A DNA stretch of 62,712 nucleotides from a virus (taxonomy: Duplodnaviria > Caudoviricetes), in the IMG/VR virus record IMGVR_UViG_3300047477_000098, positions 1 through 62,712 of that record; one strand, 5' to 3'. Position 1 is the first letter of the stretch. Each line of letters begins with the position of its first letter. A program made the translations under genes and the position numbers. Shown piece after piece: positions 48,902-58,598 of this stretch. The notes beneath the pieces were generated by a model. The model worked only from the letters and a program-made list of their open reading frames with translations. It searched no databases and had not been told where the DNA came from.

Positions 48902-49432
48902 ATGGACGACAAAACAAAATACTTCTTCATAAGTGCTTCTGGCACAAAGATGATGGACATCAGCGCCTCTTTGGGAAATGATGACCAAGATGAGATTGAA
49001 AAGCTAATCGGTAAAGCTACTGGTAAGCCGGAGATTAACAAGATCCCTGTGTCTGCAACTCAGACTATGGTTATCAAGTCTCCTACTGGTATGTTTGTCC
49101 CTGCAGCAATTGAATCTACCATCAAGAATCAGTATGGACTTGACTCGGCATCTATCGTGTTTGTCAGAGAAATGACTAAGGAAGAGTTCGATTTCAACCA
49201 AAGCGTTATAGAGGAGATGAGCAAACCAAAGCCTCTCAAGTATAATGTTAAGGAAGAGATTGAAGATATGATTGGTCGCATATCGACTGGTGATTTGAAA
49301 GTTGTTAATGACCTTCGCCCAGACTTTGCTTCCTCAGAAGAGGAAAAGGATCTACTTGACCTTGGTCTTCCTATGAACTTGTTTGATGAGTCTGGTCTTT
49401 GGGAAGATTCCGAAGACAAAGGTGAAGAATAA
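48902..49432 (+). CDS. Hypothetical acidic protein
   Basis: ORF coupled (TAATG) to next gene. Confidence 0.65.
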   Translation: MDDKTKYFFISASGTKMMDISASLGNDDQDEIEKLIGKATGKPEINKIPVSATQTMVIKSPTGMFVPAAIESTIKNQYGLDSASIVFVREMTKEEFDFNQSVIEEMSKPKPLKYNVKEEIEDMIGRISTGDLKVVNDLRPDFASSEEEKDLLDLGLPMNLFDESGLWEDSEDKGEE

Positions 49433-49686
49433 TGCCGATTTACGAGTATGGCTGTGCTAAATGTAAGCACATTGAAGAGATTTTCTTTAACAAACCCATT
49501 GCTGATGTTGTAGACCCTATAACTTGTCCAGAGTGTGGTTCGGAAGAATATACAAGACTTATATCAAAATCTACCTTTGATGTCCCTGGTGGGTCTATGT
49601 ATGAAGGTAAGAGAAATTGGAAGAAGAATCTTAACACTTATCAGCAAGCTGACGTGTTAATGAATGAGAATGTAAATCCTTACTAA
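49432..49686 (+). CDS. FmdB-family Zn-ribbon protein
   Basis: MPIYEYGCAKC...CPECGS...RLIS. Confidence 0.88.
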   Translation: MPIYEYGCAKCKHIEEIFFNKPIADVVDPITCPECGSEEYTRLISKSTFDVPGGSMYEGKRNWKKNLNTYQQADVLMNENVNPY

Positions 49687-49746
49687 TTTTGGCCCGAGAT
49701 TAGTAATTTATAATGTGGGCGAACACAAAAACAAACTGAGAATATA

Positions 49747-50361
49747 ATGACACGAAATCTTGACCAAGTAGTTGCTTCGATCCGTAAGACCAAGCAGCTT
49801 CGCATTGGCGTAGATATTGACAACACCCTCATTCACATTCCTGTGATTGAGTATATCAACCGGAAGTATGGCGCAGATTACAAGTATTCTGACTTTACTG
49901 AATGGAGTCTCGCAAACTTCCCACGAGAGATCGCTGAAGATGTTCAGCGTCAGTTTCTCAACCCAGACTTTATGTGTCGGGCACGTGGTTACATCTGGTC
50001 GTATCCCACGATTCGTGACTGGCATGCTGCAGGACACAAGCTATATGCTGTGACCCGTAGACATCCTTGCTTGATTCGTGACACCAAGATTCAAGTCGAG
50101 AAAGAGTTTCCTGGAATGTTTGAAGATTACTTCTTCGTCAGTCCTTCGGATTCCAAGGCTCGTCTCTTGAAGAAGGTCGATGCAGACATTCATATTGATG
50201 ACTGGGATGTTGATGATTCCATCTTCTCCGGAATCAAGACTTGGTTGATTACTAACGAGTACACGCATTACAATCACGGCATGCGGATCAATCCTCGTTA
50301 CAATCAAGCACTCGGACTTCAGTACGTTAAGCTGGATGAGAAGAAGTGGAAAACCAAGTAA
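49747..50361 (+). CDS. HAD 5'(3')-deoxyribonucleotidase-like protein
   Basis: IGVDIDNTL, VTRR, K, HIDD, YNH. Confidence 0.82.
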   Translation: MTRNLDQVVASIRKTKQLRIGVDIDNTLIHIPVIEYINRKYGADYKYSDFTEWSLANFPREIAEDVQRQFLNPDFMCRARGYIWSYPTIRDWHAAGHKLYAVTRRHPCLIRDTKIQVEKEFPGMFEDYFFVSPSDSKARLLKKVDADIHIDDWDVDDSIFSGIKTWLITNEYTHYNHGMRINPRYNQALGLQYVKLDEKKWKTK

Positions 50362-50558
50362 TCCTTTATGTAGCTGGGATCCAAACCCTTCTACTATTGT
50401 TCATGGGTTATGTTCTTTATGTCACCAATGTAAAAATTGAGGAATATAAAGAAACTTTGACCAAACTCGAAACCGCAGTAAACAACAACCATAAGGAAGA
50501 TTCTATCCTTATGAAAGAAATCGCAATCATCATCCGACGTTTAGTCGAGAGCATCTGA
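50346..50558 (+). CDS. Small membrane-anchored protein
   Basis: N-terminal hydrophobic helix. Confidence 0.55.
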   Translation: MENQVILYVAGIQTLLLLFMGYVLYVTNVKIEEYKETLTKLETAVNNNHKEDSILMKEIAIIIRRLVESI

Positions 50559-50569
50559 AAGAATAAATC

Positions 50570-51681
50570 ATGGCAAGCATTAAAGAGTTTATTGACATCA
50601 TCGACCACACCCCTCTTTCTCAGGCTATCCTCCTGAAGGGTATCCACGGCGTCGGCAAGTCGGAATCCATCAAGTCCTACATGGAAGCTCGTGGATATCG
50701 AATGGTTACGTTGTTCCTTGGTCAGGCAGCTGACGCTGGTGACATCATCGGTCTTCCTACCCGAATCGCCAAGAAGGATCCTCAGACTGGTGAAGAGTAT
50801 TTCATCACTGACTTCGCTCCTCCCAAGTGGTGGCCGGTGGACATGAATGAAAATGTCGTTATCTTCCTTGACGAAATCAATCGTGGTAAGCCCGAAATCA
50901 TGCAGTGTGTGATGGATATGGCAAGTTGTCTGGCCGTTCTCTTCCCGAGAACACTCGCATCATCGCCGCTATGAATCCCATGGATGATGGCTATTACCAG
51001 GTCGAGGATCTTGATCCGGCTCTTATGGACCGTTTCAATGTCTATGACTTCCGTCCTACCGTTGATGAGTGGCTCGAATGGGCTCACGACTCTAAGGTCA
51101 ACGGCATCATCGAAGGCTTCATTGGTAAGCACAACGATCACCTTGATCCACCGAACAGCAAGGAAGCTAAGACTGGTGAAGTCTATCCTTCCCGTCGTTC
51201 TTGGAAGCGCGTTAGCGATACTCTGAATGAGAATCCTAAGCTGCTCGAAGGCAATCGTAAGACCTTGATGAATATCTTGCTTGGTGTTATCGGAACTCGT
51301 TCCGCTACCGCTCTTGACAAGTACATCCGTGAAGTCGGCTCTGGTCTCTCTGCTAAGTTGATTCTTGAGCAGTGGGATGATAAGGTCGAAGAGAAGGTCA
51401 AGATCATGCAGATCCAAGAGTCCCTCCACATGAACAACCAGATCGCTTACTGGATGGATGACAATGTGGACAAGCTCAAGAAGAACAAGGAATATGCAGC
51501 CAAGATCTGCAAGAACATCGAAAATTACATTGATGTGATCAACACCGAGTGTCAGGCTGGATTCTTCGGAATCGTGTCTGAAGCATCGAACAAGTCTAAG
51601 GAATGGCCGCGAATCATGATCGTCTCCAATAGCAATGTTGGTAAGAAGTTCATGGAAACTCTTCGCGGTAAGAAGCAGTAA
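50570..51681 (+). pseudogene. MoxR-type AAA+ ATPase, frameshifted near 50920
   Basis: Frame A: GIHGVGKS, FLDEINR; frame B continues KLSGRSLP...AAMNP, LDPALMDRF, PSRRSW. Confidence 0.85.
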
Positions 51682-51687
51682 AAAACT

Positions 51688-51720
51688 CGATGGGATGAGG
51701 GTAACTTCATCCCATTTCAT
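51688..51720 (+). terminator. Intergenic hairpin
   Basis: atgggatgagg-gtaa-cttcatcccat followed by ttcatt. Confidence 0.55.
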
Positions 51721-51734
51721 TGTTAAGGAATACA

Positions 51735-53006
51735 ATGGCAGATATAGGTAAAGCCGAAAGGCGAATGGACAAGATCGTTGCTAATTGGTATCTTGACGAC
51801 TTTATGATGCTGGGTGCATGGTCCCTTGTAGAAAAGGTGGCTGATCCTAATCAAAAGACTATTGGTATTGATAGCTTGGTCATGCCACCAACTATTAGAT
51901 ATAATCCTAACTTTATCAATGCTTTGACTGATGAAGTTCTGGAAGCAATCATGGCGTCAGAGTGTTTCAAGCTGCTGCTTAGACATCCTACGTCTCGTTT
52001 GAAGAAGCCAAAGCACATCTCTGCACTCTCTTCACAGATCACTGTCGATCAGTTGATTATGAAGAATCTTGTCAACACTGATGGGTTGAAAGATGTTATT
52101 CCAATGCCGAAGGATTTCGGACTTGAGAATGATTCGTTCTTCGAGGAATACTTCCGTCAATTGATGGATAAACTCGAAGAGACTCAGAAGAACACCACTA
52201 AGATGTTTGGTGACAAGAACCAGCCTCCACAAGATGGTGATGGCGATGGTGGAGATGGAGATGGTGACGGACAGGGAGATGGTAAAGGATTCGCTGAGTT
52301 CGGAAAGCAGAAAGATGCTATCAAGGACTACATGGATCCCAACGGTTCTTCTTCAAAGGACTGGGGCGATAACGAACTCCTTGATGCAGAAGTTCAGCAC
52401 TTTGTAGAAAACCACAAGGGCTCGTCAAAGTCTTGGGGTAAGTATTCTGGTGATGCGATGGGACAGATTGTTGCGGCTAATACTCCCAAGATTTCTTGGA
52501 AGGAAGTTGTTCGCAGATTCAATACATCGGTTCAGACTTCTAAACAAGTCTCCACAAGAATGAAACCCAACCGTAGATTCGATTTGGATGCTCCTGGAAG
52601 ACGCCGAGTGTACACAACGAAGATCCTATTCGCTGTAGATGCCTCCGGCTCTATGAGTGATGAGGACGTTGCTGAAGGCTTTGCTGTCATCAACTCCGTG
52701 TGTAAGCACGCCGAAGTTCACTATATGCTTTTCGATACACAGATTAAAGCTGTTGAAACTAAGCTGAAACGTGCTCAGAAGACTTTCAAAATCGGTGGTC
52801 GAGGTGGAACTGATCCAGACCCCGCTTTGAAGTATGTTGATGAACACAAGTATGACGGTATTGTTATCTACTCAGATATGTTCTTCCAGAACAATCCTCA
52901 TAAGCCTCGCAAGTGTAAGGTTCTTTGGCTCGGTTCTACCAAGAACACAAAGAATCCCACGGCTGAGGGGTGGGGCTTCCACGCAGTACTTAACAGACAC
53001 GCTTGA
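51735..53006 (+). CDS. VWA-domain protein (DUF2201-like), MoxR partner
   Basis: MIDAS DASGSM, FDT, GRGGT, YSD; GD-rich linker. Confidence 0.88.
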   Translation: MADIGKAERRMDKIVANWYLDDFMMLGAWSLVEKVADPNQKTIGIDSLVMPPTIRYNPNFINALTDEVLEAIMASECFKLLLRHPTSRLKKPKHISALSSQITVDQLIMKNLVNTDGLKDVIPMPKDFGLENDSFFEEYFRQLMDKLEETQKNTTKMFGDKNQPPQDGDGDGGDGDGDGQGDGKGFAEFGKQKDAIKDYMDPNGSSSKDWGDNELLDAEVQHFVENHKGSSKSWGKYSGDAMGQIVAANTPKISWKEVVRRFNTSVQTSKQVSTRMKPNRRFDLDAPGRRRVYTTKILFAVDASGSMSDEDVAEGFAVINSVCKHAEVHYMLFDTQIKAVETKLKRAQKTFKIGGRGGTDPDPALKYVDEHKYDGIVIYSDMFFQNNPHKPRKCKVLWLGSTKNTKNPTAEGWGFHAVLNRHA

Positions 53007-53021
53007 TAGGTAATTAATCTC

Positions 53022-53051
53022 AGGAAGAGGGTCAATAGGCTCTCTTCCTTT
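53022..53051 (+). terminator. Probable terminator
   Basis: aggaagaggg...ctctcttcct-tt. Confidence 0.55.
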
Positions 53052-53058
53052 AGGTGTT

Positions 53059-53538
53059 ATGGACAGAACTAAAACAAAAACATTTATAGCCTTTATCAAT
53101 AGTAGTGGTAAGGATAAGTATTGGATTGATGGTAACTGCACATTTGAACAGGATCGTCCGACAATATTGCCTTATGAGACTGAAGAGCAGATCGAGTCTG
53201 CTAAAAATTATGCAAGAACAATGGGTATATGGGATGAAGTCACAGATGTTTGGGGTGTCATTCTAAAAGTTTCTGGTAGTCCTTTTGAAATCATAAATCG
53301 CAGAGAAGCGGATATAATTGCAAAGGAATATAAAGACAAGGAAATACAGAGAAAGTTGGATGCTGGAGTCTTTAAACCACAAGATAAGAAGAAACGTGGT
53401 AAGAAAGAAGTCGCACCTGCACCAGCTCCAGTCACCCCACCACCTACCGTTGTTAAAAAAGAGATAGTTGTAAAAACTAAAAAAGACGATAGTAATTCAG
53501 AGAAGCCAAAACGCGCTAAGTTTACCATAGAGGAATAA
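53059..53538 (+). CDS. Hypothetical protein, Pro/Lys-rich tail
   Basis: ORF with AGGT RBS. Confidence 0.65.
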   Translation: MDRTKTKTFIAFINSSGKDKYWIDGNCTFEQDRPTILPYETEEQIESAKNYARTMGIWDEVTDVWGVILKVSGSPFEIINRREADIIAKEYKDKEIQRKLDAGVFKPQDKKKRGKKEVAPAPAPVTPPPTVVKKEIVVKTKKDDSNSEKPKRAKFTIEE

Positions 53539-53540
53539 TT

Positions 53541-54035
53541 ATGAAAATTGAAAAAGGTCAGACGTTCGTATTATCACAGAAGCCATATGTCGTAGGTATT
53601 GTTTGGTCCATTAAGGATTCTAAGCAGGAGCGATATGTGATTAAGACCACTGAGGGTGAAGAGTTTGGTTGGAATAACAAGTCTCAGAAGTTCTCTGATG
53701 ATGTTGATTATACTGCTCTTTCGGAAGACACCTTGCTTGTTGAAGCTGAGACTGATGAAGAGTGCGAATGTGAAAGCTGCGACTGTTGCGAAGAAGATTC
53801 AGAACTCGGATTGGAGTCTGGAGATGTCTGGTCTACCGATAATGAGGAAGCTTATCTTATTGTTGAGTTGGACAAGCCAGCAATTCTTTTCGGTAAGGAA
53901 TATAAGTTTAGAGGCTTGAGCCTTTCTTCAGATGTAGTTGCTAATCCTGTAGCATATTTCAATGAAGCTGGTACCGATTCCCTTAACATGATTCAGCTCA
54001 CCGAATACACTGACTCTGCAGATCATCTTTTTTAA
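53541..54035 (+). CDS. Hypothetical acidic protein with Cys-rich linker
   Basis: ECECESCDCCEE; GAGG RBS. Confidence 0.65.
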   Translation: MKIEKGQTFVLSQKPYVVGIVWSIKDSKQERYVIKTTEGEEFGWNNKSQKFSDDVDYTALSEDTLLVEAETDEECECESCDCCEEDSELGLESGDVWSTDNEEAYLIVELDKPAILFGKEYKFRGLSLSSDVVANPVAYFNEAGTDSLNMIQLTEYTDSADHLF

Positions 54036-54038
54036 CAG

Positions 54039-54242
54039 ATGTTCATAGAAGAAAAAACATTCAATACAATTAACAACCTTTTCAAAGATATGGATATTCC
54101 TGATTGGAGAAAAGAGAAGAATACCATTGATAACTTAAAATGGATTCAGAAAAATCTCTACATCAGAAATAAGAATAAGCCTAACTATGAAAAGGTTATG
54201 TGTGTTATCAAGTCAGTATTAGAAGGAATGGGAATAAAATGA
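54039..54242 (+). CDS. Hypothetical protein
   Basis: Coupled ORF. Confidence 0.6.
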   Translation: MFIEEKTFNTINNLFKDMDIPDWRKEKNTIDNLKWIQKNLYIRNKNKPNYEKVMCVIKSVLEGMGIK

Positions 54243-54598
54243 TAAAGATTAGAAGAATTACCAATTCCGGCATTGTCAAGACTGATGAGGGCAATTACGA
54301 AACCACCGTAATCCTTTACTGCCATGACGAACCTGGTACCCATGCTGCCATGAGAGATATGATTAAGTCTTTATATCCACGGAAGTATGAAGAACTTGGT
54401 GGAGATAATCTTGTAGTTGAAGGTAAAGCCTTTGAATATAAGATCATTGATGTCTCAGAAGAACGTGTACGGGATATCATAACTGAACTACCTAATAACG
54501 AATCTATGGCGCTGCTCTACTCTAAGTCAGAGTTTGACAGTGTTAAAGATTTCGTAGAGACCTCTCTAAAGTGGTTCGATTACGGTATGATGGAATGA
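54239..54598 (+). CDS. Hypothetical protein
   Basis: ATGA coupling. Confidence 0.6.
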   Translation: MIKIRRITNSGIVKTDEGNYETTVILYCHDEPGTHAAMRDMIKSLYPRKYEELGGDNLVVEGKAFEYKIIDVSEERVRDIITELPNNESMALLYSKSEFDSVKDFVETSLKWFDYGMME

Positions 54599-54783
54599 AG
54601 AAGAAGTGGATTAGAGTTGTGCCTAGAACTATTCATCACGAAAGTGTTCCTGGAGAGTTCTTAGCAACCACTTCAAACGGTAGAAAAATATATTGTTACT
54701 CTTCAAGTTCCGAAGAAGCTTTTAAGAATGCCTTAAATGCTCTCAAGGACAGGGAATACATTCTCTCGATTGGAAGATACTGA
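54595..54783 (+). CDS. Hypothetical protein
   Basis: ATGA coupling. Confidence 0.55.
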   Translation: MKKKWIRVVPRTIHHESVPGEFLATTSNGRKIYCYSSSSEEAFKNALNALKDREYILSIGRY

Positions 54784-55229
54784 TGGACAAAAGTTTGAGA
54801 AACCATTTTGATACTCTAAGGAAGTTAGTTGATAAGCCAACATCCAGACGAGCAATAAGAATCCTGATGGGTTATCAATCCAAATGTCTTTATCTTGGTT
54901 TTAAAGATGTGCATGACCCTTTCTTCGCTCAGCTATTATACGAAAATTATATGGCTAAGGCTGAAAGGGCCTTTTCTGATAAAGATACTCCAGAGTGTGT
55001 TGAACTTGGAAATGCTCTTAAAGGATTGATCCGTAATTATTACCAGGCTTATATGAAACGTCAATACGTTTGGTCGGCTAAAGAGAAAGCCGCAGACCGA
55101 ACATTGTATCATGCCAGAATGTTGGCGCAGTCGATGTTTAATAAGTACACTAAGACCATGCGCGCGGACTTGTTTGAGTTTGCAGAGAAGATTAGAAAAG
55201 AATGTAAGTTCCCTTCGATCTATCCATAA
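54783..55229 (+). CDS. Hypothetical protein
   Basis: TGATG coupling. Confidence 0.6.
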   Translation: MDKSLRNHFDTLRKLVDKPTSRRAIRILMGYQSKCLYLGFKDVHDPFFAQLLYENYMAKAERAFSDKDTPECVELGNALKGLIRNYYQAYMKRQYVWSAKEKAADRTLYHARMLAQSMFNKYTKTMRADLFEFAEKIRKECKFPSIYP

Positions 55230-55250
55230 ATATTCTAAAAGGAGTATTTT

Positions 55251-55703
55251 ATGGATAACTTGCAAAAAGCTTTAGCCTTTACTTTGAAGTGGGAAGGTGG
55301 GTACTCGAATCACCCATCTGATGGCGGAGGAGAAACGATGCGCGGAGTTACTAAAGCGGTGTATGATGCTTACAGAACTAAGAAGGGATTGACGATTCAA
55401 TCGGTCAAACTCTTATCTGATTCTGAGTTATATGACATTTACAAAAACCAATACTGGACTGCCGCTGGTTGTGACAAGATTACTAATGTCCGTCTAGCAG
55501 CATCTGTATTTGACATGGCTGTTAATTCTGGCGTTGCAAGAGCGAAGAAATACTTGGCATTGACTTCCGATTATAAGAAGTTCAACGACAATCGTTCGGC
55601 ATATTTTGAAAAGATTGCCAAAGTTAATCCAAAATTACAAGTGTTCCTAAAAGGTTGGAACAACAGAATAAACGACTTAAGGAAGTATGTAGAAACATTA
55701 TGA
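55251..55703 (+). CDS. Glycoside hydrolase family 108 endolysin
   Basis: WEGGYSNHPSDGGGETMRGVT, YKNQYW, FDMAVNSG, FLKGWNNR; TAAATA at 55227. Confidence 0.92.
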   Translation: MDNLQKALAFTLKWEGGYSNHPSDGGGETMRGVTKAVYDAYRTKKGLTIQSVKLLSDSELYDIYKNQYWTAAGCDKITNVRLAASVFDMAVNSGVARAKKYLALTSDYKKFNDNRSAYFEKIAKVNPKLQVFLKGWNNRINDLRKYVETL

Positions 55704-56176
55704 TTATCTCTTGCGGTTTTCTTATAGAATCTGACAACAAAGTTCTGCTATGTCACGCGACAAATGGTTTTAACAAGCCATCGGTTAAAGGATTTAGGTA
55801 TGGTATTCCCAAGGGTCAGATAGATGGTTCGGAATATTTCCTTGAAACCGCTATAAGAGAACTTAAAGAAGAGACAGATTTGGATTTGCTGGATCTTTCA
55901 AAATCAATAAAAGTGTCCAGCAATTATGCTTCCGTTAGATATAAGAGTGGAAAGAAAACATTAAAAGTTTTCAAGGTGTTAGATGCTCATGGCGAACTGT
56001 TGAAGTTTCCATTTAAGTGTAACACCTACTTTGAACATAGAGGACAGAGTCTTCCAGAGGTCGATTCATTTATTTGGATGGACTACAAGACTGCTGCTGA
56101 GATATGTATCAAAGGACAGAGAGAGTTATTTACATCAGATTATGATTGGAGTTTTAGTGAAAGTTCATCTGCTTAG
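55700..56176 (+). CDS. NUDIX hydrolase
   Basis: PKGQIDGSEYFLETAIRELKEET Nudix box; PEVD. Confidence 0.9.
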   Translation: MIISCGFLIESDNKVLLCHATNGFNKPSVKGFRYGIPKGQIDGSEYFLETAIRELKEETDLDLLDLSKSIKVSSNYASVRYKSGKKTLKVFKVLDAHGELLKFPFKCNTYFEHRGQSLPEVDSFIWMDYKTAAEICIKGQRELFTSDYDWSFSESSSA

Positions 56177-56654
56177 AGGTTATCCTGGTGCCGGCAAAAG
56201 CACTTATGTTAAGAGTTTGCTTGAAAATGATCCAGATTTAATTGTTGTTTCATCGGACTCATACTTTATGAAAAATGGAAAGTATGCGTTTGATCCTAAG
56301 AATCTCGGAACAAACCATCTCAAATGTTACAATGCATTTATGGAAGCTCTTTGTTATAGAAAGAATATCTGTGTTGATAATACCAATATTGTCCTAAGGG
56401 ATATTAAAAAGTATCTCGGTGCGGTGTTCAGAGTTAATACTGAAACAACAGACACATATGATGTGGATGTTGTCACTGTGATGTATAATTCCTTAGAGGA
56501 AGCAATCTCACATCGAAAGGAACAACCTGACGATAAGAATGTTCCTGAAGATGTAATCAAGAGTATGTCAGACACTCTCAAAGTGGTTACTGATGATGTT
56601 ATAAGAAAAGAATATTTAACCCACAATATTAATTTCATAACTGTCAGCAAGTAA
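56157..56654 (+). CDS. P-loop kinase (AAA_33, polynucleotide-kinase-like)
   Basis: LRGYPGAGKST, SSDSYF, VDNTN, NVP. Confidence 0.85.
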   Translation: MKVHLLRGYPGAGKSTYVKSLLENDPDLIVVSSDSYFMKNGKYAFDPKNLGTNHLKCYNAFMEALCYRKNICVDNTNIVLRDIKKYLGAVFRVNTETTDTYDVDVVTVMYNSLEEAISHRKEQPDDKNVPEDVIKSMSDTLKVVTDDVIRKEYLTHNINFITVSK

Positions 56655-56681
56655 CTAAATACTTTTTAGAGGTTCTTATTT

Positions 56682-57107
56682 ATGCGATTTAGACTTTTAT
56701 ATTTGGAAGAAAAGGAAGCTATCAAAGTTCGTAATTTAACTGAGTTAAAAAACTTGGTTGGAACTGCTGCTGGTAAACCAGTTGATGGTGAGGAAGAGAG
56801 AAAGAAGGGCTTGTACTTTCAGATTTCTTCATTAGGTGCTTGGTCGATTTTCAAAAAGAAATTGACTGAATCACTTGGAAACTTTAAACTGGAACCAACT
56901 GACGCATTGAATCTAAAATTCGTTAGTGGTAGAATAACCCTTTATGTGAAATATGAAAAGTCTACTGTGAAGTTTTATTTCACTACCAGAAATGTAAAAG
57001 AGCCTGAATGGGAAAAAGAAATCGAAGAAGATAAGGCTAAAGACAAGAAGCCTTCCAAAGATAAACCAGAGGAAGAATCTTCTGATGATAAAGAACAAAA
57101 TAAATAA
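56682..57107 (+). CDS. Late protein, candidate internal head protein
   Basis: TAAATA at 56656; MRFRLLYLEE. Confidence 0.55.
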   Translation: MRFRLLYLEEKEAIKVRNLTELKNLVGTAAGKPVDGEEERKKGLYFQISSLGAWSIFKKKLTESLGNFKLEPTDALNLKFVSGRITLYVKYEKSTVKFYFTTRNVKEPEWEKEIEEDKAKDKKPSKDKPEEESSDDKEQNK

Positions 57108-57122
57108 AATCAGGAGACTACT

Positions 57123-57521
57123 ATGAATAACGGTTATATTTTTGCAAGCGATCTACTTGGAGAATCTGATGTTGCAGCATTCGGCCCAGCAGCATCCATT
57201 CCTGGAACTGGTGCGATTAGAAATGATTTTGGACAGAGAGTCTTTCCTGAAGGTTTTACTTCGGATTGTACCGAACTTTCTCCAAAAGAGATTTCAGACA
57301 CTATTGTATACCTAACAACTGTTGATCCAAGAATGATCAACCTTTGCCTTAAACAAATTTCTGATGCAATCATTACTTGCAAACAGATGGGACAAATGCT
57401 TCGTGTTGCTGACCTTAAGATTCGTCAGTTCATGCTTTCATTCGCACTCCACAAGAATGATTATCTCGGTAAATACACCCAACAGCCAGAGACTCCACTT
57501 GCCCAAGGAATTGGATTCTAA
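57123..57521 (+). CDS. Hypothetical late protein
   Basis: TAAATA at 57101, AGGAG RBS; LLGES. Confidence 0.6.
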   Translation: MNNGYIFASDLLGESDVAAFGPAASIPGTGAIRNDFGQRVFPEGFTSDCTELSPKEISDTIVYLTTVDPRMINLCLKQISDAIITCKQMGQMLRVADLKIRQFMLSFALHKNDYLGKYTQQPETPLAQGIGF

Positions 57522-57607
57522 GGTACTTTAGAAAGTAAATTATAACGATTGATACTTTGACTCGACTCAAACTTGAAGTCGGATCAGAAGTGTCTCAAAT
57601 GACAAAC

Positions 57608-57638
57608 AAAGCTACGAAAATTGATTCGTAGCTCTTTT
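57608..57638 (+). terminator. Intrinsic terminator
   Basis: agctacgaa-aattga-ttcgtagct-ctttt. Confidence 0.72.
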
Positions 57639-57656
57639 GATTTTAGGAAGGAATAT

Positions 57657-58598
57657 ATGCAGAGCGAAGTTTTATTCAAATCAATATTTGGATCACATCT
57701 CTATGGGACAAATGTTCCTACATCTGATAAGGATTACAAACAAATACATAAGTGTTCTGTTAAAGATATACTTCTGGGAAAAGACCAGATGAATATAACT
57801 AACAACACCAATAAGAAAGAAAAGAATACTGCAGATGATATTGACTTTGAATCAAAAGAACTTAGACAGTTTATAAAAGATTGTCTTGGTGGTCAGACAT
57901 ATGCTTTAGACCTTCTCTTCACACCAGAGAGCTTGTACATACAGACATCTAAAACATGGGATGAAATACTTACCTATAGGAATCGTTTGGTTACTAATAA
58001 CCTAATGCCTTTCATGGGCTACGTGAAGTCGCAGGCGTATAAGTATTCTAAGAAAGGCGCAACGCTATCTGATATAGAAACAGTATTACAGCTTTTTAAG
58101 AAGAAGGCTTTTAAATCTGCAAGGTTGCAAGATACCCTTACTCAAAGTGATTTGGTGGGATTGACATCTGTTAAGATAAACAACAAGTGGAACAAGTCTA
58201 CCAAAATGAATGAGGATTATCTCGTTGTCGGAACTTCTGAATATCCTATGGGTAGACAAGTTGCTGATGTTGAGAAGTCTGTTCAGAGTAAGTATGATGA
58301 GTATGGTGAACGTGCAAAGATGGCTCAGGATATGGATGGTGTTGACTTGAAAGCATTCTACCATGCATATAGAATATGTTGGGAACTTGAAGAGCTTTTA
58401 ACTGAGCACAAGATAACATTTCCTTCAAAGAATGTTGGATTTCTTAGGGAAGTCCGTGCTGGAAAGTATAAGAAGGACTATCTGGAAAGCTTTCTTACTG
58501 AAGAGATAGAAAGAGTTACAGAACTCCCGAACTTTTTGAATGAACCAAACTATGAGTTTTGGGATGAATGGTTGATACATGAATATCTCGGATGTTGA
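57657..58598 (+). CDS. Pol-beta superfamily nucleotidyltransferase (T4 NrdC.11-like)
   Basis: FGSHLYGT...SDKDY, LDLLF, DLKAFYHAYR, LREVRAG. Confidence 0.85.
   Translation: MQSEVLFKSIFGSHLYGTNVPTSDKDYKQIHKCSVKDILLGKDQMNITNNTNKKEKNTADDIDFESKELRQFIKDCLGGQTYALDLLFTPESLYIQTSKTWDEILTYRNRLVTNNLMPFMGYVKSQAYKYSKKGATLSDIETVLQLFKKKAFKSARLQDTLTQSDLVGLTSVKINNKWNKSTKMNEDYLVVGTSEYPMGRQVADVEKSVQSKYDEYGERAKMAQDMDGVDLKAFYHAYRICWELEELLTEHKITFPSKNVGFLREVRAGKYKKDYLESFLTEEIERVTELPNFLNEPNYEFWDEWLIHEYLGC

Noticed and set aside
49681-49714. Sigma70 promoter before the HAD gene
   Set aside because: TATAAT is present but there is no TTG at 17-nt spacing or extended -10; the region reads better as a hairpin (tactaattttgg/ccgagattagta)
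50782-51735. 317-aa antisense ORF (and other antisense ORFs in the track)
   Set aside because: Shadow of codon-biased plus-strand genes; no RBS or recognisable motifs
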